From: Octopus sinensis
Taxonomy: Eukaryota
Assembly (NCBI RefSeq): GCF_006345805.1
Contig: NC_043010.1
Location: 10,974,001 to 11,038,000 of the forward strand
Length of the DNA: 64,000 bases
Reading direction: 5' to 3'
The translations under genes and the position numbers were made by a program. Positions 1-12,560 of this stretch are shown in pieces. The notes beneath the pieces were generated by a model. The model saw nothing but the letters and a program-made list of their open reading frames with translations, did not search any database and was not told the origin of the DNA. The first letter of the stretch is position 1; each line of letters begins with the position of its first letter.

Positions 1-31
<31 letters not shown>

Positions 32-369
32 GCATTGGAGGATGCATATAAAAGAAGGAATATTCCCGCTATCACCACTTAAGGTTTCTTGTTACTTGTA
101 TTTATTCAAGAAAGATGAAATGATCGAATGTAATGGAAAGACATTTTTAGTGAATGAGTGCACCATCAGCTTCATCTAAATATATATGTGTGTATATGTG
201 TGTGTATGTGTGTGCGTGTATCAATATACATATATATTTATGTAATACGTTTATGTATAATTCATGTTATATGTATACATGCATTGTACATATGGATGTA
301 TATTGACTTAAGCATACATACATGCAAGTGAATATATGTGTATTTAGAGAGACTGATAGACTGATCAAT

Positions 370-391
370 AGATAGATAGATAGATAGATAT

Positions 392-424
<33 letters not shown>

Positions 425-479
425 AAGACAGACAGACAGACAGACAGATACAGACAGACAGAGAGACAGACAGAGAGAC

Positions 480-557
<78 letters not shown>
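370..557. repeat. (TAGA/CAGA)n tetranucleotide microsatellite
   Basis: Direct reading; explains ORF 262..564. Confidence 0.95.
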
Positions 558-558
<1 letters not shown>

Positions 559-849
559 ACTCAAGTGTACAGATGATCTCCAGATGATTGGAGATCAGAA
601 CATGACATCAGTTCTTTCTGAGATCTCTGCTCCTTCTATTACATTGTTATTGCTCTTTACAGGGACATCAGTGAAATAATTTCCCAGTTTCCTTTCTCTA
701 AAATAATAAGTTCCATGCCTACAGATTAGGCTATGTGCAATAGCTTGGAGAAATTCAGTTCCATCAGGCTGACTCACGTTTGTCATACTCTATGGAGATG
801 AAAGTCTTCAGTGGTGCCCTAACTTAGAATGGGCTACAGGATTGTGGAT

Positions 850-878
850 CATATACATACATATATATATTATGTATG

Positions 879-909
<31 letters not shown>

Positions 910-928
910 GGTATGTATATATATATAT

Positions 929-996
<68 letters not shown>

Positions 997-1300
997 ATAT
1001 ATATATAAATATACATACAAATACAGACATACATTGTAAATACATACATATATATATATTTATATAAATATACATATATGTATATTTTTTTATTATATGT
1101 ATTGTGTACCTTATTTACTGTGGTTAACCCCGAATCAACCCGGGACCTACATATATATGTATATATATATATATCATAATTATATATATATATATATATA
1201 TATAATAGAGTATATATATATATATATATATATCTATATGTAATATATATATATGTATATATAATATATAATATTATATAATATATATATATATATATAT
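850..1300. repeat. (TA)n-rich microsatellite block
   Basis: Direct reading; explains the YI-repeat ORFs. Confidence 0.95.
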
Positions 1301-2080
1301 TATGTATGTATATATATTATTTATTATAAATGTGATCTAAAATGAAAGAAAGCAAAATAGAAAAACATTCCCAAGGTCTAATAATTTTCCAAGTTGAATT
1401 ATCAATTCTCATAAAACAAAAATAGATGTATTTTAAAAATACAAAAAGTATATAAACAAATAAATATATATAACAAAACTAATGTTAAAATAGAACAAAA
1501 AAAAATTAATAAACAAAAATAACTGAAATGAAATATTACAGATGTAATTTCCCACAATGCATTCTTTGGCTAACTTGTACTATATAGATTTGTCTTGTGT
1601 TGTGTCTTGTCAACTTCCTCTGTGGAAATTAAAAAAAGAAGTCCAACATATGCTCATTATTTGAACTTTCAACAGAAGTATTTGTGTTGAAGGAAGACAA
1701 AATGTTATTTGTCAAAATATTCACTGAAAGAAAATGAATAAACGAATAAATAAATAAGTAAATAAAATGTATAAATAACACATAGATAAATAAAAATTTT
1801 AAAATCCCTATAGAAAAGACCAATAAATTTTTAGATAATTTTCCTGTTGTTATTTTTTCCTACATAAATAGCAATGTTGCAGAATTTATTGATATTTTGG
1901 GAAATTCAGTGGTGAATTACTTATTCCTTTTTTTCTTTTCGCTTCCACCTAAAGAATATACTTATGTATAATAATAAGAGACTCTTCCTTAATCCATACA
2001 AGCACATATATATATAAGCACAGGCATATAATTTTGTGTGTATCTAACTATCATTCTTGTGCATTATATACATATTTTAC

Positions 2081-2120
<40 letters not shown>

Positions 2121-2183
2121 TATATATAAAATATATACGTATATGTATGTATGCATGATTTTATATATAGATATGTGTGTATG

Positions 2184-2231
<48 letters not shown>

Positions 2232-2279
2232 TATATATTCATAATATATATGATCATATATGTTAATTATATATATGAA

Positions 2280-2321
<42 letters not shown>

Positions 2322-2857
2322 CATACATACATACACATGTATCTATATATAAAATCATGTATAGAAATACATGGTTTTTATACATATCTATAATAGATAT
2401 TTTATATTATGCATATATATGTATGTATGTGTGTGTGTGTGTGTGTACATGTATACATATAATATATGCATTATGAGTCTAAATGTATATGAAACAGGCA
2501 TTTCCGTTGTAACACCTCACTTGTTAATCTTTGAGTGCGTATGTGTAGTGGGTGTGTGTGCGGAAACATACTTTAAGAATAAAGTTATGGTATTTGGAAA
2601 TGATTACAATATTTGAAAATATATGCGCAGCTTACACACAAAAAAAACTGCTGCTATTTGGAATACATTTTTAAAAGTGCACAATAACACAAAACCACTT
2701 CTGTCATCATTCCTGTTGTTAAACCTCTGGTCACACAGGATCAAGCAGCTTGATGACCGTCTTGCATTTATGCAGTTAGTAAATTTATTTCTGATGATAG
2801 ACTTAATCTATCACCAAGTTTCACACCTTCGGCAACATAGCCCTTATTTGCTTTTAA

Positions 2858-3047
2858 CCCTTTCGTTACTGTATTTATTTTGAGAATCTCTGTTTCTTTC
2901 AATTACTTTAAATATAACAAAGGATTTAGTAAAATAATTTAGTTATCATTCAGCTAGTGTTAGAAGATTCTAATTCAAGACTTATGAAAACAAGACATTT
3001 GTACTACAGAACCAGAATCGGTTTCAGCCAGGTTGGTATCAAAAGGG
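2858..3047. mobile_element. piggyBac-like MITE, copy 1
   Basis: TTAA at 2854-2857 and 3048-3051; imperfect TIRs CCCTTTCGTTAC / GGTATCAAAAGGG. Confidence 0.7.
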
Positions 3048-3078
3048 TTAAGAATTGTTTCTCTACTATATATTTTAA

Positions 3079-3287
3079 CCCTTTTGTTACCTTATTTCTG
3101 TGTTTCTTTCAATTTATTTCAAATATAACAAAGAATTTAGTAAAATAACTTAGTTATCCTTAAGCTAGTGTTAGGAACATAAATTGTGACTAAGGTTTGG
3201 TGGAAGATTCTAAGTCAAGACTTATGAAAACAAGACATTTGTACTACAGAACCAGAGCCGGTTTCAGCTGGGTTGGTAACGAAACGG
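3079..3287. mobile_element. piggyBac-like MITE, copy 2
   Basis: TTAA-CCCTTTTGTTACC start, GGTAACGAAACGG end; body homologous to 2858-3047. Confidence 0.7.
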
Positions 3288-4435
3288 TTGCAGTTTACCC
3301 CATAGTGAGCATTCAAGGCCAGTTTCTACTCTAGGATAAATTCCCTCTCTTCCTTCCTCAACATTAAATTTTGAAGCCTTGTAAAGAGTAAAGGTCATTA
3401 ACCTTCTTGTTTTGGTGAAACAATTGAAAGTAATGGATGTTAAGTTACATTATCTCGTTTCATTAATTAACAGAAACTAGGTCACAGGGAAAACTTTTGC
3501 GGCAATTTCTAATTGAACTAACCACCACATGGTGACTTTTTCATTGACTTGACTTCTTCCATTTTTACTGTTACTGTTGCTATCATTTTAAGGTATCAAT
3601 TCTTCAAAATAACTGTTTTATCAAAAGAAATGTTATTGTCCATCTTTTTTCTTTTTGCTTTAGTAGTGCTCTGCCTGAGCTCGCAATTAACTTAGAATTG
3701 CTACGTAAATAGTAGCGTTCACACCCAACCTGGTATACAAACAAGGACATGCAAATATTCATGCATACCCTCCCACGTTTTTAAGATTAGATATCCATCC
3801 TTCCCCGCATTCGACCTCATGCCACCTGCACACATATTAATCCCACACAGTCTGCACCAAGTCCACAAACCCAATTTGCATGTAGTTACCCATCACACAG
3901 TGAAGGCATTCCATAACTCTTGATGAATTTCTCTCTGAATTCTCCCATTGGTTATTTTCATTAGCTTCTTTTTCACAACATATACAAATCAGATGTGAGA
4001 TTGCTGTCCTGCACAGAAGAGATCCATAGCATTACTTTGCATAGTAGCCCTTCTGATGAGCACCATCTCAGGTTATCACCTAACTCCTGTGTGAAACTCA
4101 CTGGTAAAATGTGGTTGAAACAGATCTTTAAAACTGTATGTATGTTTGTGTGTGTATGTGTGTGTGTGTGTGTGTATATATATATAGATATATATATATA
4201 ATATATATATATATATATACACACACATATATACACACGAACACACACATACATATATGTATATAGATAAGTTTCTTTACTGGCCACACAGGGCTGCACA
4301 CAGATGGGACAAGTTACAAGGTAGAGCTTTTCTTTTGGGGGATGAAAAAAAGAAAAAACAAAAGAAAAAAAAAGGGGTGGCGTAGGTTTTCGATCAAGAG
4401 GGATCGTAAAAGGGAAGAAAAGAACAAAAAAAAAA

Positions 4436-4520
<85 letters not shown>

Positions 4521-5040
4521 TAGATAGATAAATTGATGGAGGGACAGACATGTAAATATATATGTATATATACATGTATGTGTGAGTGGAGAAAAATAAC
4601 ACATAGGTGTGAGTGAGAGAAATTTATTGTTAAAATGGCTTTATGAGGCATGACATATAATCATTTATTCAGCACTCAAAATATCACATTGCACTTCAAT
4701 ACATATTCTCAAATATATGTATTCATGCTTATATATATATATATATATATACATCCATAAGGTGCAGGTATATATGCTATAATAACCATTGAGTACAATA
4801 CAATGATTAAATAATGAAGGTAATAAAAACAGCCTGATATAATTATTCCATTTCTTTACACATGTCCATTCTTTATCTAAGGCTATTACACAGTGTGTAG
4901 TGTAATATCCATCACTGAGATATTACAGAAATGTGCAAAAAATCATGTGATGTCATTATATATATATATACATGCATATACATACATACATACATATATA
5001 TATATATATCATCATCATCATTATCATCATATATATATAG

Positions 5041-5197
5041 GTGCAGGAGTGGCTGTGTGGTAAGTAGCTTGCTAACCAACCACAGGGTTCAGTTCCACTG
5101 CATGGCATCTTGGGCAAGTGTCTTCTGCTACAGCCCCGGGCCGCCCAATGCCTTGTGAGTGGATTTGGTAGACGGAAACTGAAAGAAGCTTGTCGTA
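5041..5197 (+). mobile_element. tRNA-derived SINE family A, 5' half
   Basis: Head GGCTGTGTGGTAAGTAGC with B-box-like GGTTCAGTTCC and core GCCTTGTGAGTGGATTTGGTAGACGGAAACTGAAAGAAGC, shared with many copies in the window. Confidence 0.9.
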
Positions 5198-5220
5198 TAT
5201 ATGTATATATATATTTTTTT

Positions 5221-5262
5221 TTTCTAGTTTCAGCTCAGAGCTGCGGCCATGCTGATGCACCA
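5221..5262 (-). mobile_element. Isolated 3' tail of the CR1-type LINE
   Basis: Reverse complement GGTGCATCAGCATGGCCGCAGCTCTGAGCTGAAACTAG matches the LINE 3' end at 31219-31262. Confidence 0.6.
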
Positions 5263-5415
5263 TATATGTGTGTGTGTGTGTTTGTAGACTCTTTAGTATT
5301 TCAAGATATTTTTATGTAATTTAGGTAAATATATCTGTTAAAATGAGATATCAGTGTTTTTTTCATTTTTGCATAATTTAGACAACAGTTTATTCACTGC
5401 ACCCTGTATGCATGC

Positions 5416-5471
<56 letters not shown>

Positions 5472-5693
5472 TTACTCTTTTTTTACTCTTTTACTTGTTT
5501 CAGTCATTTGATTGCGGCCATGCTGGAGCACCGCCTTTAGTCGAGCAAAATCGCCCCGGGACTTATTCTTTGTAAGCCCAGTACTTATTCTATCGGTCTC
5601 TTTTGCCGAACCGCTAAGTGACGGGGACGTAACACACCAGCATCGGTTGTCAAGCAATGCTAGGGGGACAAACACAGACACACAAACACACAC

Positions 5694-5733
<40 letters not shown>

Positions 5734-5898
5734 TACGACAGGCTTCTTTCAGTTTCCATCTACCAAATCCACTCACAAGGCTTTGGTCGGCCCGAGGCTA
5801 TAGTAGAAGACACTTGCCGAACGTACCACGCAGTGGGACTAAACCCGGAACCATGTGGCTGGTTAGCAAGCTACTTACCACACAGCCACTCCTGCGCC
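5472..5898 (-). mobile_element. SINE family A, full length
   Basis: Head, core, central TA/CA microsatellite and (GAGTAAAA)n tail, all on the minus strand. Confidence 0.92.
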
Positions 5899-6589
5899 AA
5901 TGTATGTATGTATGTACGTACGTATGTATGAATGTAGACAGATTGTCAGACAGATAGATGAGTAAATTCTTTGACAGAAAAGATGTGTTTCTTTATTATA
6001 TGCAACAGAAGATGATGGACAAATGAATTTTCATTTGAACTAAAAGGGAAACACAGAGTCAGAAATTATGACTCATATTAATGAAGCCCGTAATATTATA
6101 ATCATCTGCAAGCAAAGATATTGAAATGTGGAAGTTGGAAAACAATCTTAGAACAGAGGTCAGTTGAGGATTATTTTTCCTCTCACTTGACAGCTGACTC
6201 CATTAGCCAAAATATCACTAACTTAACAGTGATTTCAGGGAGTTTAACAACACAGAAAATGCAGTAATAGGCTTAAGGAAATGATCAGAGGTCAGTGTAC
6301 AATTGTTGTTGGTGGTGTTGCTATTTTTCTTGTTGTTCTTGCGGATTATGGTGATGTTATTGTTGCTGCTGCTTAGAGCCCTAAGAAGGCTCTGTTTGGG
6401 CAGACCTATTATGAAAGGTATTCAAACTATGACATCTCATTCAATTATCAAGAGAATCCCACCAGCTACATTATTCAGTCAATAGTGTGTGGTCTGAAGT
6501 AAGATTTGCTTGCTATTTCTAGCAAATGGTACGATTTGGCTGAGGATTCTGCATTGGTCTGATTAATCCGATTTTGATGATAATGATTA

Positions 6590-6785
6590 TGATTATGGTG
6601 GTGGTGGTGGTACTGGTGCTGGTGGCAGCAGCAGTGGTGGTGGTAGTAGTGGTAGTGGCAGTGGTGCTGTGGTAGTGATGGTGGTGGTGGTGGTGTTGGT
6701 GGGGATGGTAGTGGCCGTAGTGTAGGGTGGGGATGGTTGTGGTAGTGGTAGTAGTGGTGTGGGAGTTGTTGTTGTTGTTGTTGCT
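6590..6785. repeat. (GTG/GTA/GCA/GTT)n trinucleotide low-complexity tract
   Basis: Direct reading. Confidence 0.9.
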
Positions 6786-6789
6786 GGTG

Positions 6790-6987
6790 GCACAAGGCCA
6801 GCAATTTTCAAGAAAGTGGGTAAGTCAATTACATCATCCCCAGGGCTCAACCGGTACTCGTTTTATCGATTCTGAAAGGATGAAAGGCAAAGCTGACCAT
6901 GGCAGAATTTGAACTCAGAACATAAAGACAGACAAAATGCTGTCAAGCATTTTGCCAGGCATGCTAATGATTCTGCCAGCTTACCGC
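6790..6987 (-). mobile_element. tRNA-derived SINE family B variant
   Basis: Minus-strand head GCTGGCAGAATCATTAGC, GAGTTCAAATTC and core GCCTTTCATCCTT..ATCGATAAAA.GAGTACC. Confidence 0.8.
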
Positions 6988-7008
6988 TTTATATATCTTT
7001 CTCTTTTT

Positions 7009-7252
7009 GTCGTTTTAAGACCGCGACCTGTTCACTGACAAAAACCTGTGCAGCACGGATTTTTGTCAGTGAACAGGTCGCGGTCTTAAAACGACGAAAA
7101 TATTTTGACAAATTAAACTTAAATGTTGAAGTGAATCGAACGGCTTTTGTGTGTTTCTTAAATGGCTTACAAACACCTTCCACACTGCAATTGTTTTCGT
7201 TCCAGCACACGGTCTCAGATCAAATCACTTGCTATGCGAGTACATCTCCGTA
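7009..7252. mobile_element. Foldback/MITE-like relic with an 87-bp central palindrome
   Basis: 36-bp perfect inverted arms 7009-7044 and 7060-7095; the sequence continues to ...GTACATCTCCG-TA, a possible TA-type terminus. The extent beyond the palindrome is inferred. Confidence 0.5.
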
Positions 7253-7777
7253 ATAACATAATTTAGTTTTATGTAAAGAATAGCCACAAGATTGTCTATC
7301 CAAACATGTATTCAGCATATAAGCCAGTCCATCATGATGGAGTAATTTCCAAAGCTGAGGAAATGGACAATGATGAAGGCACAGTTGTTAGAAGTGCGAG
7401 ACCTTCAACAGAACCTGAATATATATTCCTGAAGAAAATTCGGAATCAAAGTTATTTATTCAAGTGTCTTCCAATAATCTTGTAAAAGACTTGTTGCTTT
7501 CTGTACACCAAAGGAAGGTAATTTATTCAACTAAAATATGTAAGTTGGTTATTATCAAATGTGAAATTTTAATTTGGCAACATGCTTTATCGCAGATAGT
7601 CTACTGACATCAATGAGTTCTTCACAAACTTATCTCCGGTAGCATTTGAGCTTCTTCATCACAGACTTTGTCCACTTGAAAGAAATAGATGATAACATGG
7701 ATGTTCTACAGGAAATTATTTGATACTACACTCATCAATGGAAGCACTGTGGAGATCTTAAATTTACTGGCATGCTA

Positions 7778-8728
7778 ATGATTTACAATAGAGTTATTTG
7801 GAGTACTGGAAGTACAATGGAGTACTGGAATCATGATTTACACTAGAGTTATTTAGAGTACTGGAAGTACAATAGAGTACTGGAATCATGATTTACAATA
7901 GAGTTATTTAGAGTACTGGAAGTACAATAGAGTACTGGAATGAGGATTTACAATAGAGTTATTTAGAGCACTGGAAGTACAATAGAGTACTGGAATCATG
8001 ATTTACAATAGAGTTATTTAGAGTACTGGAAGTACAATAGAGCACTGGAATCATGATTTACAATAGAGTTATTTAGAGTACTGGAAGTACAATAGAGTGC
8101 TGGAATCATGATTTACAATAGAGTTATTTAGAGTACTAGAAGTACAATAGAGCACTGGAATCATGATTTACAATAGAGTTATTTAGAGTACTGGAAGTAC
8201 AATGGAGTACTGGAATCATGATTTACAATAGAGTTATTTAGAGTACTGGAAGTACAATAGAGTGCTGGAATCATGATTTACAATAGAGTTATTTAGAGTA
8301 CTGGAAGTACAATAGAGTGCTGGAATCATGATTTACAATAGAGTTATTTAAAGTACTGGAAGTACAATAGAGCACTGGAATCATGATTTACAATAGAGTT
8401 ATTTAGAGTACTGGAAGTACAATAGAGTACTGGAATCATGATTTACAATAGAGTTATTTAGAGTACTGGAAGTACAATAGAGCACTGGAATCATGATTTA
8501 CAATAGAGTTATTTAGAATACTGGAAGTACAATAGAGTACTGGAATCATGATTTACAATAGAGTTATTTAGAGTACTGGAAGTACAATAGAGCACTGGAA
8601 TCATGATTTACAATAGAGTTATTTAGAGTACTGGAAGTACAATAGAGTGCTGGAATCATGATTTACAATAGAGTTATTTAGAGTACTGGAAGTACAATAG
8701 AGTGCTGGAATCATGATTTACAATAGAG
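7778..8728. repeat. 55-bp minisatellite, 17 full units plus a partial unit
   Basis: Unit ATGATTTACAATAGAGTTATTTAGAGTACTGGAAGTACAATAGAGTACTGGAATC; unit starts at 7778, 7833 ... 8713 (935 = 17x55). Confidence 0.97.
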
Positions 8729-9303
8729 TCGACTTTTGTCCTTAGAACCGGTTGTGCTTTCATGGTTCACTCTATTACACATGAGTGGCACCAAGTTCAT
8801 TATGTGTTCTAAGGAAGAAGAATGTTCACTTTGGTCTTTTAATTGATTCCAAGAAGATATTTGTACCACTTCTCTTTATTATAATTAGTTTAATGAAAGA
8901 AATTTGTTAAAGCAGTGACTAAAGTCAATACATGAGGAATTCAATACCTTTCGGAAAAAAGTTCCCATATGTGAGTACGGCAAAGATAAAGAGGTATTTT
9001 TCTGCAAATCAGGGAAGCTTAAAAAGATATTTAATTTCAACACCCTATCAACACACAGGGATTAAAACCTTGGCAACCATTTAAGTAGTTATCTGAAAGC
9101 TTTTGGGAGAAATAAAATATTTCTAGTGAGGTGAAGTTGAGAACCATTTTGGGGCCAATATAAAAATGAGTGGTTGATTCATTAAAAACACATGTCCAGC
9201 ATTTTCATCAAGATTTTTTTCATTAAATTTTGCAACGAATGATGAGTAAGAAGAGTAATTCATGAAGATATGATGGCTGACTATGGTTTGATTCTATATT
9301 AGG

Positions 9304-9698
9304 GCTACCACAAAGAGAGAAGAGCAAAGACTGGTAATGTCTCAAAGAGCCATGGAAAGGTCAATGCTTGGTATCTCGTTGAGAGAGCACATAAGTAGCA
9401 AGATCATCAGAAAGAAGTCTGGCGTGAGAGATGTCATCGCAGAGTATACACGCAGAAGGTACAGATGGGCTGGACATGTCGCCCGGCTCACCGATAATCG
9501 GTGGATGCACGCAGATGTCGAGTGGTACCCGCGTGTGCGGAAAAGACCACCCGGAAGACCTCCACGATGGTGGAGTGACGGTTTCAAGAGGACGATTGGG
9601 ATCACATGGATGAGTAAGGCGCGATTCAGAGAGGAGTGGACAGCGTGTTGTGACCAGTGGTGTCAAATGGACGCCTGACGGACTGGTCGGTCAAAGTG
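9304..9698 (+). mobile_element. RTE-clade LINE 3' fragment
   Basis: ORF 9337-9678 RAMERSMLGISLR..RWAGHVAR..RPPGRPP.WW; ATTAGG duplicated at 9298-9303 and 9699-9704. Confidence 0.9.
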
Positions 9699-10461
9699 AT
9701 TAGGACAATCTAGACCAAGTTTATTACAGAAAATCCTATTCAAAATACTTTTGAAAACTTGTATAATGTATATTTTTTAATTACATGAGCATATAATTGT
9801 ATCTATCATGTATAAAAGGAGGTTAGAATTAATTATATATAATTTTGATCAATTGCGTACTCTGGCAATAAAAAATTTTATATAAAATACTGCTTAATAT
9901 CAATTGCTGGTAGAGACACTATATTTCGTTTTCCTATCAGTGCTGGCTCTAAATTCTACAGAAAATCTGTAGGGATAGACTTAAAAACTATTTAATACAT
10001 CTAAGTATAAATAAAATCCGTAATTCAAAAATTAGATGTCCTTAAGAAAATCTAAAGACAGATTTGGAATCAGCATTTAAAAATGCATTCTAGGAAGGTT
10101 AATTTAATCTCCAATAACATTTAATCTGCAGTGCAATGTAAGCTTCACAAAGTTCTGAGCAGATACATGTACACACACCTCAGAATACAGAGACAAGTGG
10201 TTAAACTACAAGTCTTTCTCACTGTGGTTAGAAAAAGTGACTAATCTGATTGGTGTTCTCTATATATATCAACATTTCATCAGAGATCAGTATCTCACAC
10301 CATATCTACACAGAGAGGAATAGCTTAAAATTTTTAGTACATGCAAACCTAGACAAAACAAAATTGGTCTTCTTTGTTTGCACAGAGTGGAAGATCTAGA
10401 GTTTAACAACACTGTTTATTTATGACAGCAAGATTGAATTGTCTGTTTATTTTAAACCACA

Positions 10462-10555
10462 GGCATGGCTGTGTGGTTAAGTAGTTCACTTTGCAGCAAT
10501 GTAGTCCTGGGTTCAGTCCCACTCTGCAGCACCCTCAGCAAGTGTTTTCTACTAG
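10462..10555 (+). mobile_element. SINE family A-type head fragment
   Basis: GGCTGTGTGGTTAAG...GGGTTCAGTCCCACT. Confidence 0.65.
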
Positions 10556-10604
10556 TAAAAGATAAAAGATATTAGATAGCATAACATCAAATAGGTTTAA
10601 AATA

Positions 10605-11016
10605 CCCATTTCTTTATTACCCACAAGGGGTTAAACACAGAGGGAACAAACAAGGACAGACAAAGGCATTAAGTCGATTACATCGACCCCAGTGCGTAAC
10701 TGGTACTTAATTTATCGACCCTGAAAGGATGAAAGACAAAGTCGACCTCGGTGGAATTTGAACTCAGAACGTAATGGCAGACGAAATACCTATTTCTTTA
10801 TTACCCCCACAAGGGGCTAAACACAGAGGTGACAAACAAGGACAGACATAGGTATTAAGTCGATTACATCGACCCCAGTGCGTAACTGGTACTTAATTTA
10901 TCGACCCTCAAAAAGATGAAAGGCAAAGTCGACCTCGGCGGAATTTGAACTCGTAACGGCAGACGAAATACCGCTAAGCATTTCACCCGGCGTGCTAACG
11001 TTTCTGCCAGCTCGCC
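10605..11016 (-). mobile_element. SINE family B, head plus two tandem 184-bp bodies
   Basis: Unit starts at 10605 and 10789; head GGCGAGCTGGCAGAAACGTTAGC at the right end on the minus strand. Confidence 0.92.
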
Positions 11017-11225
11017 ACAAGTAGAATGATACCTTTAATCATAATTTTCTTCAAACCAGGGCTTCTGTTGGTTAGGATTAACTACATATCTACATCTGTA
11101 TGTGGAGACCTGGGTATGTTCTTTTTGAAGTAGACAAGCAGCCAGCCATACAGGCAAGTATTTCCTCTTCTTAAAGATAAAGATATGCTTTTCAGGTTTA
11201 TTGTATACTTCTAATTATCTTAATC

Positions 11226-11981
11226 CCTATTTCTTTACTACCCACATGGGGGTAAACACAGAGAGGACAAACAAGGACAGAAAAACGGATTAAGTCGATT
11301 ATATCGACCCCAGTGCGTAACTGGTACTTATTTAATCGACCCCGAAAGGATGAAAGGCAAAGTCGACCTCGGTGGAATTTGAACTCAGAATGTAGCAGCA
11401 GAGGAAATACCTATTTCTTTATTACCCACAAGGGGCTAAACACAGAGGGGACAAACAAGGACAGACAAACGGATTAAGTCGATTATATCGACCCCAGTGC
11501 GTAACTGGTACTTATTTAATCGACCCCGAAAGGATGAAAGGCAAAGTCGACCTCGGTGGAATTTGAACTCAGAATGTAGCAGCAGACGAAATACCTATTT
11601 CTTTATTACCCACAAGGGGCTAAACACAGAGGGGACAAACAAGGACAGACAAACGGATAAAATCGATTATATCGACCCCAGTGCGTAACTGGTACTTATT
11701 TAATCGACCCCGAAAGGATGAAAGGCAAAGTCGACCTCGGTGGAATTTGAACTGAGAACGTAGCAGCAGACGAAATACCTATTTCTTTATTACCCATAAG
11801 GGGCTAAACATAGAAGGGACAAACAAGGACAGACATAGGTATTAAGTCGATTACATCGACTCCAGTGCGTAACTGGTACTTAATTTATCGACCCCAAAAG
11901 TATGAAAGGCAAAGTCGACCTCGGCGGAATTTGAACTCAGAACGTAACGACTGACGAAATACCGCTAAGCATTTCGCCCGC
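11226..11981 (-). mobile_element. SINE family B, four tandem 184-bp bodies
   Basis: CCTATTTCTTTA unit starts at 11226, 11410, 11594 and 11778; partial head at the right end. Confidence 0.93.
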
Positions 11982-12171
11982 CATTGAGTGATGCTTATAT
12001 TATTGACATAATTCATGTTACAGTGCATGCAATGTTACAAAACATTAATATATATACAAGTGTGTGTGTGTGTGTGTGTCTGTGGGGGGGGGGGGCATTT
12101 GCAAACATGTATGACTTATAGTATGTGCCACTTACTTTATTTGTTTTAATCAGCTGTGTAATTTCAAACAG

Positions 12172-12560
12172 TGGAGGCGCAATGGCCCAGTGGTTAGGGC
12201 AGCGGACTCGCGGTCATAGGATCGCGGTTTCGATTCCCAGACCGGGCGTTGTGAGTGTTTATTGAGCGAAAACACCTAAAAAGCTCCACGAGGCTCCGGC
12301 AGGGGATGGTGGTGATCCCTGCTGTACTCTTTCACCACAACTTTCTCTCACTCTTACTTCCTGTTTCTCTTGTGCCTGTATTTCAAAGGGGCCGGCCTTG
12401 TCACTCTCTGTGTCACGCTGAATCTCCCCGAGAACTACGTTAAGGGTGCACATGTCTGTGGAGTGCTCAGCCACTTACACGTTAATTTCACGAGCATGCT
12501 GTTCCGTTGATTCGGATCAACCGGAACCCTCGTCGTCGTAACCAACAGAGTGCTTTCATC
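12172..12560 (+). mobile_element. tRNA-derived SINE family C (tail type 1)
   Basis: tRNA-like head GGAGGCGCAATGGCCCAGTGGTTAGG...TTCGATTCCC; 12-bp TSD AATTTCAAACAG at 12160-12171 and 12561-12572. Confidence 0.92.

Larger units (their letters stand above)
7255..10133 (+). mobile_element. Decayed Chapaev3-like (CMC superfamily) DNA transposon, 5' truncated, interrupted by a minisatellite and an RTE LINE
   Basis: Frameshifted translation gives ordered motifs KNSHKIVYPNMYSAYKPVHH, SKLFIQVSSNNLVKDLLLS, VHLKEIDDNM..HQWKHCGDLK, KNV..LIDSKKIFVPLL..LMK, FPYVSTAKIK, MMADY, collinear with Chapaev3-type transposases as I recall them. Possible ...GCAGTG 3' terminus at 10133. Confidence 0.75.

Noticed and set aside
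595-786. 63-aa minus-strand ORF (MTNVSQPDG...) as a gene
   Set aside because: Non-repetitive, but no recognisable family and no convincing splice sites bounding it; left unassigned.
262-2616. Numerous YI/HT/VC/LSIY-repeat ORFs here and throughout the window
   Set aside because: They are translations of TA, CA and GATA microsatellites, which lack stops in some frames.
4053-4108. CTGATGA...GAAAC...GTA hammerhead-like arrangement
   Set aside because: Stem II is plausible but stem I has only 2 bp and stem III is marginal; compatible with chance.
7778-8728. CRISPR-like array
   Set aside because: Units are contiguous near-identical 55-mers with no unique spacers, no cas genes and a eukaryotic context.
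12172-12245. tRNA gene
   Set aside because: The tRNA-like A/B boxes are SINE heads continuing into SINE bodies with TSDs; no complete cloverleaf.
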